64,000 bases of DNA from positions 5,410 through 69,409 of the forward strand of contig JBBRWM010000011.1 in assembly GCA_038249195.1 (NCBI GenBank). The letters are read 5' to 3'. Below, in pieces: positions 9,206 to 17,223 of the stretch. This stretch comes from Actinomycetota bacterium. GTDB lineage: Bacteria; Actinomycetota; UBA4738; HRBIN12. The notes below the pieces were generated by a model, which ran no database searches, was not told where the DNA came from, and saw nothing but the letters and a program-made list of their open reading frames with translations. Position 1 is the stretch's first letter. Every line of letters begins with the position of its first letter. The translations under genes and the position numbers were made by a program.

Positions 9206-9607
9206 CTAGGCGTCGTTTTTCCCGAGGGTTTCGTCGAACAGCTCGACGTACTCGTCCCCTTCGTGGTCGACGCCACCGGGGGCCGTGTCACGCACGCTCA
9301 CGGCTGCGTCCTCGGGCGCCACATAGGCCTCGCGCTGGGTCGTCGCCTCCGCCACCAGCTGGGCTTCGTCATCGACCGTGTCGGAATCTTCGATCGCGAG
9401 CTCGGTGTCGTTCTTGGGTGGGTCTGCGCGTTCCTCGGAGAGCCGCTGGTCCAGGGACTCGCCTCGCAGCTCTTCCTCCGCGGTCGTTCCGAACGACTCC
9501 GCGCCGAACGCGTGGTCGGCCTGCTCGATCATCGCCTCGAGATCCTCACCGGCGTCGTCCTCGGGGTCCACGTCGGCGTTCGGATCGACATCATCAGGAG
9601 TCGTCAT
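9206..9607 (-). CDS. Acidic hypothetical protein (DUF5709-like)
   Basis: A 133-aa, strongly Asp/Glu-rich ORF (..DDEAQLVAEATTQREAYVAPEDAAVSVRD..) with no competing ORF. Confidence 0.55.
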   Translation of the reverse strand: MTTPDDVDPNADVDPEDDAGEDLEAMIEQADHAFGAESFGTTAEEELRGESLDQRLSEERADPPKNDTELAIEDSDTVDDEAQLVAEATTQREAYVAPEDAAVSVRDTAPGGVDHEGDEYVELFDETLGKNDA

Positions 9608-9667
9608 GGCTCTTCCCTTCGGTTGCGTCCATGGTAGGGGGAACGGCGAAGGGCGCGAGCTGCGATC

Positions 9668-10264
9668 CTAGAGGATGAGCCCCTCGGGCAGAGGCACCGA
9701 CGCCATGAGGTCCTCAAGCTCCCACGCTGCCTCGACCGTGCGGACCCATTCGTAGCTGAGGCCCTTCGCCCCGAGAAACGTCACGCCCGCGGCGCGCATC
9801 CGCTCGATCCCGTCCTCGTGAGCGTCGCCGGGAGCCAGCACCGCGTCACGCACGACCACGACCCTGAATCCGCGGTCGAGGAGCCCTAAGGCCGACTGAG
9901 CCACGCACACGTCGGTCTCCATCCCGACGAGCACCGCCGTGCGCCGGCCCGTGGCTTCGACCGCCGCCAAGATCTCGGGGGCGTCGGCGAGACCGAACGT
10001 GGGCTTCGTGTGCCTGCGCGTCTCCTTCGGCAGGTGCGCGACGGCCTCGGGGAGCGTCGCACCGTTGCGGTCCGGCTCCTCCTCGGTGACCACCGTGGGG
10101 ACCCCGAGCAGGGTGGCGAGTGCGGCCACCCAGGCCACCCGCTGGACGAACGGTCCACGACCCTCGTCCTCGCCGAGCTTCGCGATGAACCCCGGCTGCA
10201 CGTCGATGACGCAGAGGAACGAGTCATCCACGTCGAGCAGACGCTCGCCCCTCCGCTCGCTCAT
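9668..10264 (-). CDS. Isochorismatase-family (cysteine) hydrolase
   Basis: FLCVIDVQPGF near the N-terminus and VLVGMETDVCVAQSA, which holds the catalytic Cys context. Confidence 0.8.
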   Translation of the reverse strand: MSERRGERLLDVDDSFLCVIDVQPGFIAKLGEDEGRGPFVQRVAWVAALATLLGVPTVVTEEEPDRNGATLPEAVAHLPKETRRHTKPTFGLADAPEILAAVEATGRRTAVLVGMETDVCVAQSALGLLDRGFRVVVVRDAVLAPGDAHEDGIERMRAAGVTFLGAKGLSYEWVRTVEAAWELEDLMASVPLPEGLIL

Positions 10265-10351
10265 CGACCTCCCACCCCCTACGGTCCTCTCATCCTAGGA
10301 AGGAGGATAGGATGCCCGCCCTGAGTGGCGTCCGCGACACATCCGCGGGCT

Positions 10352-11620
10352 TCACCAGTCGGGTCGCAAGGGCATGCGGCTGCGTCCTGCCGAGCTCCTC
10401 ACCGCGAGCACCTGGTGGACCTGGGTTTCTCCGGCCTCGAATCCGAGGGCGGAGGCGGCCATGTAGAGGTGCCAGATCCGCGCGCGCGGCCCGCCCACCT
10501 CGGCCACGGCTTCGTCCCAGTTGGCCTCGAGGTTCCCGACCCACGATCGCAGCGTGAGCCCGTAGTGCTCGCGCAGGTCCTCCACGTGGCGCACCTCGAG
10601 GCCGGCCACCCCGATCGTGGAGACCACGGACCCGACCTCGTGGAGTTCGCCGTCGGGAAAGACGTAGCGGTCCACGAAGCCCCTGCGTCGCAGGCGCGGC
10701 GGCGTCACGGGTGGGCGACGTCCCGGCCGCGCCCGCCGGCTCGCCGGGCGGGCGATCCCGTGGTTCAGCAGGCGGCCCTCGGGCCGTAGGAGTCGCACGA
10801 TCCCCCGGAAGTACAGGTCGAGGTGGCGGAGCCCGACGTGCTCGAACATGCCGATCGAGCTGATCGCGTCGAAGGGGCCGTCGCGCACGTCGCGATAGTC
10901 TTGCTCGCGGATCCGGACGCGATCGGCGAGTCCGGCCTCGGCGACCGCCTTGCGTCCCCAGTCGGCCTGCTCCCGCGAGAGCGTCACGCCGACGGCCTCC
11001 ACGCCGTGGCGGCGAGCGGCGTGCATGACCATGCCGCCCCAGCCGCACCCGATGTCGAGCAGGCGCATCCCCTCGCGGAGGCCGAGCTTGCGGCAGATCA
11101 GCTCGTACTTCGCGGCCTGAGCGTCCTCGAGTGTGTCCTCGGGGGTGGACCAGACCGCGCATGAGTACGTCATGGACGGCCCAAGGACGATGCGGTAGAA
11201 GGCGTTCGAGACGTCGTAGTGATGGGCGATGGCTGCGGCGTCGCGGTCCCGCGAGTGCCGCACGCCGTGCAGGCGAGCCTCCTCCCGCGGGGGCGCGAGC
11301 GGTCTCAGCGCGTCCAGTCCGGCGAGCTGAACCAGGCGGGCGATGTCGCGCGGAGGGATGCTCGCTTTGTTGAAGCGAGACCGGAGCGCGGCCAGCGCCT
11401 CGAAGATGTCGCCCTCGACGTCAAGGTCACCCGCCACATAGGCACGGCCCAGCCCGAGTTCGCCGGGGGCGGTGAGGATACGGCGGAGCGCGTCGGGGGA
11501 GCGGAACACCAGCGTCGCGCGCGCGTCGGCGGGACCGATCCGCTCCCCCTCGTAGGTCTCGACCGCGATGGGTACGTCGCCGAGCAGATCTTGGACGAAC
11601 GATGCCAGGGACGTCGACAT
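10352..11620 (-). CDS. cfa: Cyclopropane-fatty-acyl-phospholipid synthase family SAM-dependent methyltransferase
   Basis: HYDVSNAFYRIVLGPSMTYSCAVW, LLDIGCGWGG, and SIGMFEHVG. The ATG at 11620 is preceded by GGAGG with a 6-nt spacer. The track start at 11626 is a TTG two codons upstream. Confidence 0.85.
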   Translation of the reverse strand: MSTSLASFVQDLLGDVPIAVETYEGERIGPADARATLVFRSPDALRRILTAPGELGLGRAYVAGDLDVEGDIFEALAALRSRFNKASIPPRDIARLVQLAGLDALRPLAPPREEARLHGVRHSRDRDAAAIAHHYDVSNAFYRIVLGPSMTYSCAVWSTPEDTLEDAQAAKYELICRKLGLREGMRLLDIGCGWGGMVMHAARRHGVEAVGVTLSREQADWGRKAVAEAGLADRVRIREQDYRDVRDGPFDAISSIGMFEHVGLRHLDLYFRGIVRLLRPEGRLLNHGIARPASRRARPGRRPPVTPPRLRRRGFVDRYVFPDGELHEVGSVVSTIGVAGLEVRHVEDLREHYGLTLRSWVGNLEANWDEAVAEVGGPRARIWHLYMAASALGFEAGETQVHQVLAVRSSAGRSRMPLRPDW

Positions 11621-11676
11621 GGGCAACCTCCAGTCCGCGTATCCCTATCTCCTCACCACGACCCGATTCAGGCAAC

Positions 11677-11730
11677 CCCGTCTTTGGCCCGTCTTGGCCC
11701 GTCTTTGGCCCGTCTTTGGCCCGTCTTTGG
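11677..11730. repeat. Tandem direct repeat: five copies of an 11-bp unit CCCGTCTTTGG (the second copy is 10 bp)
   Basis: Read directly from the sequence. It lies 14 nt after the esterase stop and 57-110 nt upstream of the cfa ATG, and gives phased A3/T3 tracts. Confidence 0.9.
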
Positions 11731-11744
11731 CGCAACCTTCCCGA

Positions 11745-12770
11745 TCAGGCAGAGAGGTGCTCGGCGAGGTAGGCCAGGCCGAGCGGGTAGCGGTACTCGA
11801 TCGCCATGTGGGTGGCGTCGAAGAGCTCGAAGGAGACGTCGGTCACCCCGATCCCCTCGAGCTCGCGGCGGAAGGCCTCGGCACCCAGGTCGAGGAACCA
11901 CTCGTCCTTCTTCCCGGCGTCGATGTAGATGGCGCGCATCGACCGCAAGACGTCCGCATGGTCGCCCACCATGCGGACGGGGTCGTGCGTGAGCCATCGC
12001 TCCCAGACCTCGGGGATGAGCGCTCCGGTCGCGGGATCGAAGGGAAGCCTGACGGTGCCGTCGGGGTCGGCGGAGTAGCAGGCGGCCATGCACCACTCGT
12101 TCAGCAGGATGCCGTCGGATGGCTTCGCCATGGCGGGGCGGCTGCGGAAGTCCGCCCAGAACGTGTCGTAGGACCCCTCGTATTCGTCGCGGAGCGCGCG
12201 GGCGGCTTCGGGGAACTCGGGGAGGTAGCAGGCCTCGAACAACGCGTCGCCGGCGTGCGTGGCGAGGCCCCCCCACAGCTCGGGCCGGAGCATGGGCACG
12301 ACCATCGCTCCGTAGCCGCCGCTCGATTTCCCCTGGATGCCGCGATGCTCGCGGTCCGCGAACGTCCGGTAGCGCTCGTCCACGAACGGGACGAGCTCGT
12401 CGCACAGGTACGTGAGGTAGTTCCCCGTCCCGGGCGAGTCTAGGAACTGGCTCCCGCCGAGCGACGTCCAGCAGTCGACCCACACGATCACCACGGGCGG
12501 TGCCTCGCCGCGTGCGAAGAGGTCGTCCGCGAGCTCCGGGAAGTTCCGACGGAACGGGGAACGGTTCCGCCACATGTCGAGCTGGCCCGTGAGGCCCTGG
12601 ATCGCGTAGACGGAGGGGAACCGTGCCTCGGGGTCGTCGTCGTAGCCGGGCGGCAGATAGACCCAGAGCGGCCGCTCGTGCGGATCGCCGAGCGGGTTGC
12701 CGCGGAGCGCCTCGCTCGTGATCGTGTGCTCCTCGAAGCGACCTCGCGGCTCGAACGACCAAGGCTCCAC
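11745..12770 (-). CDS. Esterase family protein (enterochelin-esterase-like alpha/beta hydrolase)
   Basis: PSVYAIQGLTG, the GKSSGGYGA nucleophile elbow, and a C-terminal His region. The GTG at 12770 is preceded by AGGAGGAG. The longer track ORF (to 13133) is not protein-like upstream. Confidence 0.8.
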   Translation of the reverse strand: MEPWSFEPRGRFEEHTITSEALRGNPLGDPHERPLWVYLPPGYDDDPEARFPSVYAIQGLTGQLDMWRNRSPFRRNFPELADDLFARGEAPPVVIVWVDCWTSLGGSQFLDSPGTGNYLTYLCDELVPFVDERYRTFADREHRGIQGKSSGGYGAMVVPMLRPELWGGLATHAGDALFEACYLPEFPEAARALRDEYEGSYDTFWADFRSRPAMAKPSDGILLNEWCMAACYSADPDGTVRLPFDPATGALIPEVWERWLTHDPVRMVGDHADVLRSMRAIYIDAGKKDEWFLDLGAEAFRRELEGIGVTDVSFELFDATHMAIEYRYPLGLAYLAEHLSA

Positions 12771-12852
12771 GACCGACTCCTCCTGTCCGCCCCATGCATA
12801 CACTGGTCGAGATCGGGGAACGACGACGATAGTCGACCGAGAGGAGCACGTC

Positions 12853-13041
12853 ATGCAGTGTGGACACGAGGGCTGCAACTGCCAGGTCGGGGAGGCGGGC
12901 GAGTTCTGCAGCGACCACTGCCGCGAGCACGCGGGCGACGCGGGCCACCAAACGCACGCGTGCGGATGCGGACACGCAGACTGCCAGGCCGCCGGCGCGG
13001 ACGATCGCACGGAGCAGGATCTCCAAGCCGCGTTCGAGTAG
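12853..13041 (+). CDS. Metallothionein-like small Cys/His-rich protein (BmtA/SmtA-like)
   Basis: MQCGHEGCNCQVGEAGEFCSDHCREHAGDAGHQTHACGCGHADCQ.. has 8 Cys and 6 His in the first 45 residues. SD GAGAGGAG lies 6 nt before the ATG. Confidence 0.6.
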   Translation: MQCGHEGCNCQVGEAGEFCSDHCREHAGDAGHQTHACGCGHADCQAAGADDRTEQDLQAAFE

Positions 13042-13126
13042 GAACCCGGCCGGCGCCTCCGTACACTCCGCGGATGGGCGCTTGTCCCGTCTGAGGGCAA
13101 GGCCCCCCGGGAGTAGGGACCGAGCG

Positions 13127-13594
13127 ATGGCAACGACCGTGACGATCGACGGCCAGATCTACCGCAAGCGCGAGCCGCTCGGGGTGCTGGGCCTGTCGTT
13201 CATCACCTTGGGGATCTACTTCCTCTACTGGTACTACAAGGTGAACGACGAGCTCAAGCGCTTCGAGCACGACGACACGATCGGCCCGACGCGCTCGCTC
13301 ATGGCCCTGCTCTTCGGCTGGATCATCATCGTTCCGCCGTTCATCGCGATGTACAACACGGCCAAGCACGTCCGCACGATCGAGGAACGGCTGTCGCTCG
13401 TCTCCCAGCTCGAGCCCGCCCTCGTGATCGTGATCATGTTCCTGCTGAGCATCGGCAACGGGCTCTACGTCCAGGAACACCTGAACCGTATCTGGGACCG
13501 GACCGAAGGGGTCGGTGCCGCGGCACCGAAGCCGTTGCTCGGCCCCGGCGGGACGCCGGCTCCCCCGATGCCGATCCCGCCGACGGGCCTGTAG
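13127..13594 (+). CDS. DUF4234 domain membrane protein
   Basis: LGLSFITLGIYFLYWYYKVNDELKRF is the DUF4234 signature. Two hydrophobic helices and a Pro-rich tail. Confidence 0.7.
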   Translation: MATTVTIDGQIYRKREPLGVLGLSFITLGIYFLYWYYKVNDELKRFEHDDTIGPTRSLMALLFGWIIIVPPFIAMYNTAKHVRTIEERLSLVSQLEPALVIVIMFLLSIGNGLYVQEHLNRIWDRTEGVGAAAPKPLLGPGGTPAPPMPIPPTGL

Positions 13595-13623
13595 GCTGGC
13601 GCCGCGCAATGAGGAGGAAACGG

Positions 13624-14453
13624 ATGAAACGAGCGTCCTTGATGGCGGCCCTCGCGGGCGTGCTCGCGTTGACGATGGCCGCCCCGGCCACCGCGGCCAA
13701 GAACCCGGTGATCTTCAACAGCTCGCCCGCGCAACCGCCGGGCAACGTGCCGAGCTAGGCGTTCCAGGCGACGCAGACGTCCCAGTTCGGCGACGCGATC
13801 ACCAGTTCGCTCCCGGCAAGCGCATGCTCAAGAAGGTGACGGTCGTCATGAGCAACTGGGCGTGTGAGACCGGTCAGTGGTCTACGGGCACGTGCGTGAG
13901 CACACCGGGTAGCACGTTCATCCAGCCGATCCAGCTGAAGATCTACGCCGTGAGCGGGGCCGACCCCACCGTTCCCGGCGGGCTGCTCGCCAAGCGCACG
14001 AAGAAGTTCAAGATCAAGTTCCGCCCGTCCACCGATGCGACGAACTGCCCGGGTTCGCCGACCGCCTGGTACTCCACCGGCGACAAGAGGTGCCACAACG
14101 GGCTCGCGCAGAAGATCACGTTCAAGTTCGGAAGCCTGAACCTCAAGCTGCCGAAGAAGGTCGTCTACGGGGTGGTCTACAACACGAGCGGTTACGGGCC
14201 CCACCCCTACGGATACTCGACGGCCTGCGCCACGGATCCCGTCACGGGGTGTCCCTACGATGCCTTGAACGTGGGCGCAGCGGCCGGGGTGCCGAACCGA
14301 GGGCACGACCTGTACCCCGATGGGGTCTTCCTGGATTCCGCCACCGGATCGGTCCACTGCGACAACGGTATGGGAGGAACCGGCACGTTCCGCCTCGACG
14401 ACGGCTGCCGGACGGGCTACAACCCGCTCGTCCGGTTCGTCGCGAAGAAGTAG
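13624..14453 (+). pseudogene. Secreted Cys-containing protein whose signal peptide is cut off by an in-frame TAG and a 1-nt frameshift
   Basis: After SD GAGGAGG, ATG 13624 encodes MKRASLMAALAGVLALTMAAPATAAKNPV..GNVPS, then TAG at 13756. The same frame continues AFQATQTSQFGDAIT. The body (..FAPGKRMLKKVTVVMSNWACETGQW..VRFVAKK) is in the -1 neighbouring frame from about 13803. An intact sub-ORF runs 13824..14453. Confidence 0.6.
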
Positions 14454-14503
14454 CTCCTCTCGCGTCACCGACGGGCTCCGATCGACCCGCTGGGGCCGAC
14501 CTC

Positions 14504-14932
14504 CTAGTCCGTTGCGGGGCTGCCCTGGGCGAGGAGCCCGAGCCCGATGCCGAGCATCCACACGTCCTTGCTGACCGCGATCCCCGCTCGCGTCGGCCAG
14601 AAGCTGCCCGGTTCGTGCATGCTCGGCGTGCGCAGGTACATCGTGAGCAGGCTCCCGGCGAAGGCCGTGAGCGGCGCACCGGCGAGCCGGTCGGGGACGA
14701 ACGGCGCGAGCAGCGTGGCGCCGATGCCGATCTCGGCGAGGGCGAGCGCCCTGAGGAACTTCGGGGGCGGGACGTCGGCGAGGAACGGGAACGCCTCCGA
14801 GGCTCTCGCGTGAAGGCCCTGCGCCTGCTCGTCCCCCCCGTGCCATTTCTCCCAGCCCGAATGCAGGACGTAGGCGCCGGTGGCGACCCGGGTGGGAAGG
14901 TTGCGGAAGGCCATGCCCATGCACGCGAGCAT
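14504..14932 (-). CDS. Hypothetical membrane protein
   Basis: MLACMGMAFRNLPTRVATGAYVLHSGWEKW.. is followed by hydrophobic helices (LALAEIGIGATLLAPF, VWMLGIGLGLLA). The start is uncertain (14914-14932). Confidence 0.5.
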   Translation of the reverse strand: MLACMGMAFRNLPTRVATGAYVLHSGWEKWHGGDEQAQGLHARASEAFPFLADVPPPKFLRALALAEIGIGATLLAPFVPDRLAGAPLTAFAGSLLTMYLRTPSMHEPGSFWPTRAGIAVSKDVWMLGIGLGLLAQGSPATD

Positions 14933-15301
14933 ACGACCGGCCCCCTCGTTGCCTGCACCCGTCGAGATCACGCCTGGGGCGCCGGAACGCGAACGGGCCG
15001 GGCCAACTCGGGCCCGGCCTCGTTCGCTGGATCTCCTCACAGGCGCTGCGGCCTCGTACGAGGCTTCCTCCGGTAGACCAGCCGGAACCCGTGAGGTCGG
15101 TGAGCTGGTGTGGATTCTGCCGGTCTCCCGGCAAGCGGGCGGGGTGGTGGCCCCGGCCCGCGAGGGACGGCTCAGCAGCCAGTCACCTCGAGGGTCTCGT
15201 CTTGTTCATGCAAGCTGGACCACCTCCTTCCTCTCGTGCCCGTATGGTGCCGCAGGCGTGGCCGAAAGGCAATAACGAGGCGGTCTTCGCCCGATCGATC
15301 G

Positions 15302-16402
15302 TTACGGGCCTACGGGGGGAGCCGCCGTGGCCTGCGGGTCGGCGACGGGAGCGCTGCTCGTCGCGGCGGACACGGCCTCGGTCGGGGCCGATTCTCCGCT
15401 GGCGTTGGTTGCGATCACCCGGTAGTAGTACGTGGTGCCTCCCGTGAGGCCGACGTCGATGAACTGCGTCACGTCCTGGCCCGTCGTCGCGAGCGTCGTC
15501 CAGCCGGCATCGCCCACGAGCATCCGCTCCACCCGGTACCCGGTCTCGTTCCCGACGTTGGTCCAATCGAGCTCGATCTGGCTCGCGGAGAGCGCCACCG
15601 CGGTGAGCGGCGTGGGCGTGGCGGGTACGACGCTCGTGGTCGCCGACGCGACGCTCGAAGCCGAGGAATCGCCGCCCGGGTTCGTCGCGATCACGCGGTA
15701 GTAGTAGGTGGTGTCGGCCACGAGGCCCGTGTCGACGGCGGACGTTGCGTCCCGGCTCACCTTCGCGACGGGGGCCCAGCCCGTGACCCCGTTCGGCGAT
15801 CGTTCCACCCGGTAGCCGGATTCCCTCGGGACGTCGGCCCAGCGCACCCGGACCTGACGGGGGGAGATCGACACCGCGGTGACCATCGTCACCGCGGTCG
15901 GGGTGGAGGGCGCCGCCTGCCCCGCCGGCGGCGGCGTGCTCGCCGCCGCGGACGCTGGGGCCGGCGAGGCGCCGGGGCCACCGGCTCCGTCGCGCGCGTC
16001 CTCGGGCGTCTTGGGTGCCCGCCGGTTCGCTCCTGGTCCAGCCTGCGACGAGAGCGAGCCATCGGTCCCCGGGGAGGCGGCCACCTGCTCGACCCGCTGC
16101 GGGTGCAGCCCCCGGGTCACGATCCCGATCGCGGACGTAAGGGCCCCCCGACCCTGCGGGCTCGCCAGCGTCGTCGTCGCTGCCAACAGCACGGTCACGA
16201 ACACCACGCCCGCGAGGCGCCTGTGTCCCGCCCGCGGCGCCTCCCGCGCGCCACGACGTTGTGTACGCCAGATGCTCTCGAGCTCGCGGATCTCCCGACG
16301 CTTGCGGAAGGCGTCGAGCCAATTCGACAGGGCCAGCCCGCCCACGAGGAGCACGTTGAGCGCGACGATCGCGCCGATCACGATCAGGATGTTCCGTAGC
16401 AC
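15302..16402 (-). CDS. Membrane-anchored protein with two fibronectin type III domains
   Basis: An N-terminal TM helix, a Pro/Ala-rich linker, then two FN3 copies, each ending in TTYYYRVIATN. Confidence 0.8.
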   Translation of the reverse strand: MLRNILIVIGAIVALNVLLVGGLALSNWLDAFRKRREIRELESIWRTQRRGAREAPRAGHRRLAGVVFVTVLLAATTTLASPQGRGALTSAIGIVTRGLHPQRVEQVAASPGTDGSLSSQAGPGANRRAPKTPEDARDGAGGPGASPAPASAAASTPPPAGQAAPSTPTAVTMVTAVSISPRQVRVRWADVPRESGYRVERSPNGVTGWAPVAKVSRDATSAVDTGLVADTTYYYRVIATNPGGDSSASSVASATTSVVPATPTPLTAVALSASQIELDWTNVGNETGYRVERMLVGDAGWTTLATTGQDVTQFIDVGLTGGTTYYYRVIATNASGESAPTEAVSAATSSAPVADPQATAAPPVGP

Positions 16403-16484
16403 GGGTTAAACCCTACGGGAACCGGCGGCCCGCGCGCGGTCCGACGAGCGGCCTACAGCGCCGCATCGTCCACGGGTCACGTGT

Positions 16485-17134
16485 TCAGGCCCCCAGGCGG
16501 CCGTATCCCACCAGCCACCGGAGCTCGGGCTCCCGATCGAAGATCGCCACGCGCCCGCGCGAGGGTCGCGCCCCGATCTGACGATCGTCGTCGACCACCA
16601 TCGTGATGTCGTCGGCGCGCGGCCCGACCCCGTTGCGATCGGAGAAGTGGTAGAAGATGAAGTCGCCCGACTGCGTGTCGTCGTGATCGTGGAACGTCGT
16701 GACGCGGCCGTCGACACGGATCCCCTCGGACAGATGGGGGAGCGTGAGGCCCCGCGCCTCCTGAACCGCCCGCACCACCAGACCCGAACAGCCCCCGTCC
16801 GGGGGGAAGATGTGCCCGAAGACGTACTTCTCACCGAGGGCTCCTTCGCCGCGGTGACGGGCCGCGACTCCCGCCGGTCGTCGCGGATGATCCGCACCGC
16901 CACACCCGGCTCGTCGTGGTTCGATCCGCTGATCACGAACTTGTCGCCGAACGTGCCCTCGGCGAGCCGCTCCTGCAACAGGGTGAGGATCGCCGGGCGG
17001 GTGTGCTCCTGCTTCGGGTCGTCGTGGAAGTGGTAGGGCGGCGCGACCTGGTAGAGCCGGTGCCGGGCCAGATCGATCGCCTGCTCGGGCAGCGCGTGTC
17101 CCGGGTCGTGGAACCCCGTCCCGAAGGTCGTCAC
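16485..17134 (-). pseudogene. Frameshifted hypothetical protein; the C-terminal half has an NlpC/P60-like Cys motif
   Basis: GTG 17134 opens MTTFGTGFHDPGHALPEQ..RIIRDDRRESRPVTAAKEP. Sense then continues in another frame as LGEKYVFGHIFPPDGGCSGLVVRAVQEARGLTLP..GDFIFYHF..LVGYGRLGA. The switch is at a CCC run near 16835. Confidence 0.5.
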
Positions 17135-17223
17135 CTGGAAGCTCTTGGCGCTTATACTCCCGCTCGTTTCGCTTCTCTGCTCCCGCTGTCGGCGCCCCGT
17201 GCGCGTCGTCTCTGGTCGCTCCC

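Noticed and set aside
11677-11730. The tandem repeat might be a CRISPR array or a coding repeat.
   Set aside because: The units are 10-11 bp and contiguous, with no spacers, and there are no cas genes in the window. The ORFs that cross the repeat (GPKTGQDGPKTG etc.) are otherwise not protein-like, and the repeat sits in a short intergenic gap.
14997-15022. A perfect 9-bp GC hairpin (GGCCGGGCC-aactcg-GGCCCGGCC) upstream of the membrane-protein gene, as a possible regulatory element.
   Set aside because: Short GC palindromes are frequent in this composition. It has no T-tract and no partner motif, and its position relative to an uncertain start codon is not informative.
15183-15232. A tiny ORF (MNKTRPSR, 15183-15209 minus strand) downstream of a strong SD-like GGAAGGAGGTGG, as a possible leader peptide.
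   Set aside because: It is only 8 codons. The SD-to-ATG spacing (about 13 nt) is poor. There is no attenuator-like structure or amino-acid bias to suggest function.
15302-16402. A roughly 270-bp internal DNA duplication (each copy ending in the TTYYYRVIATN-coding sequence), as a possible repeat element.
   Set aside because: It is simply two tandem FN3 domains within one intact ORF, not an independent repeat.
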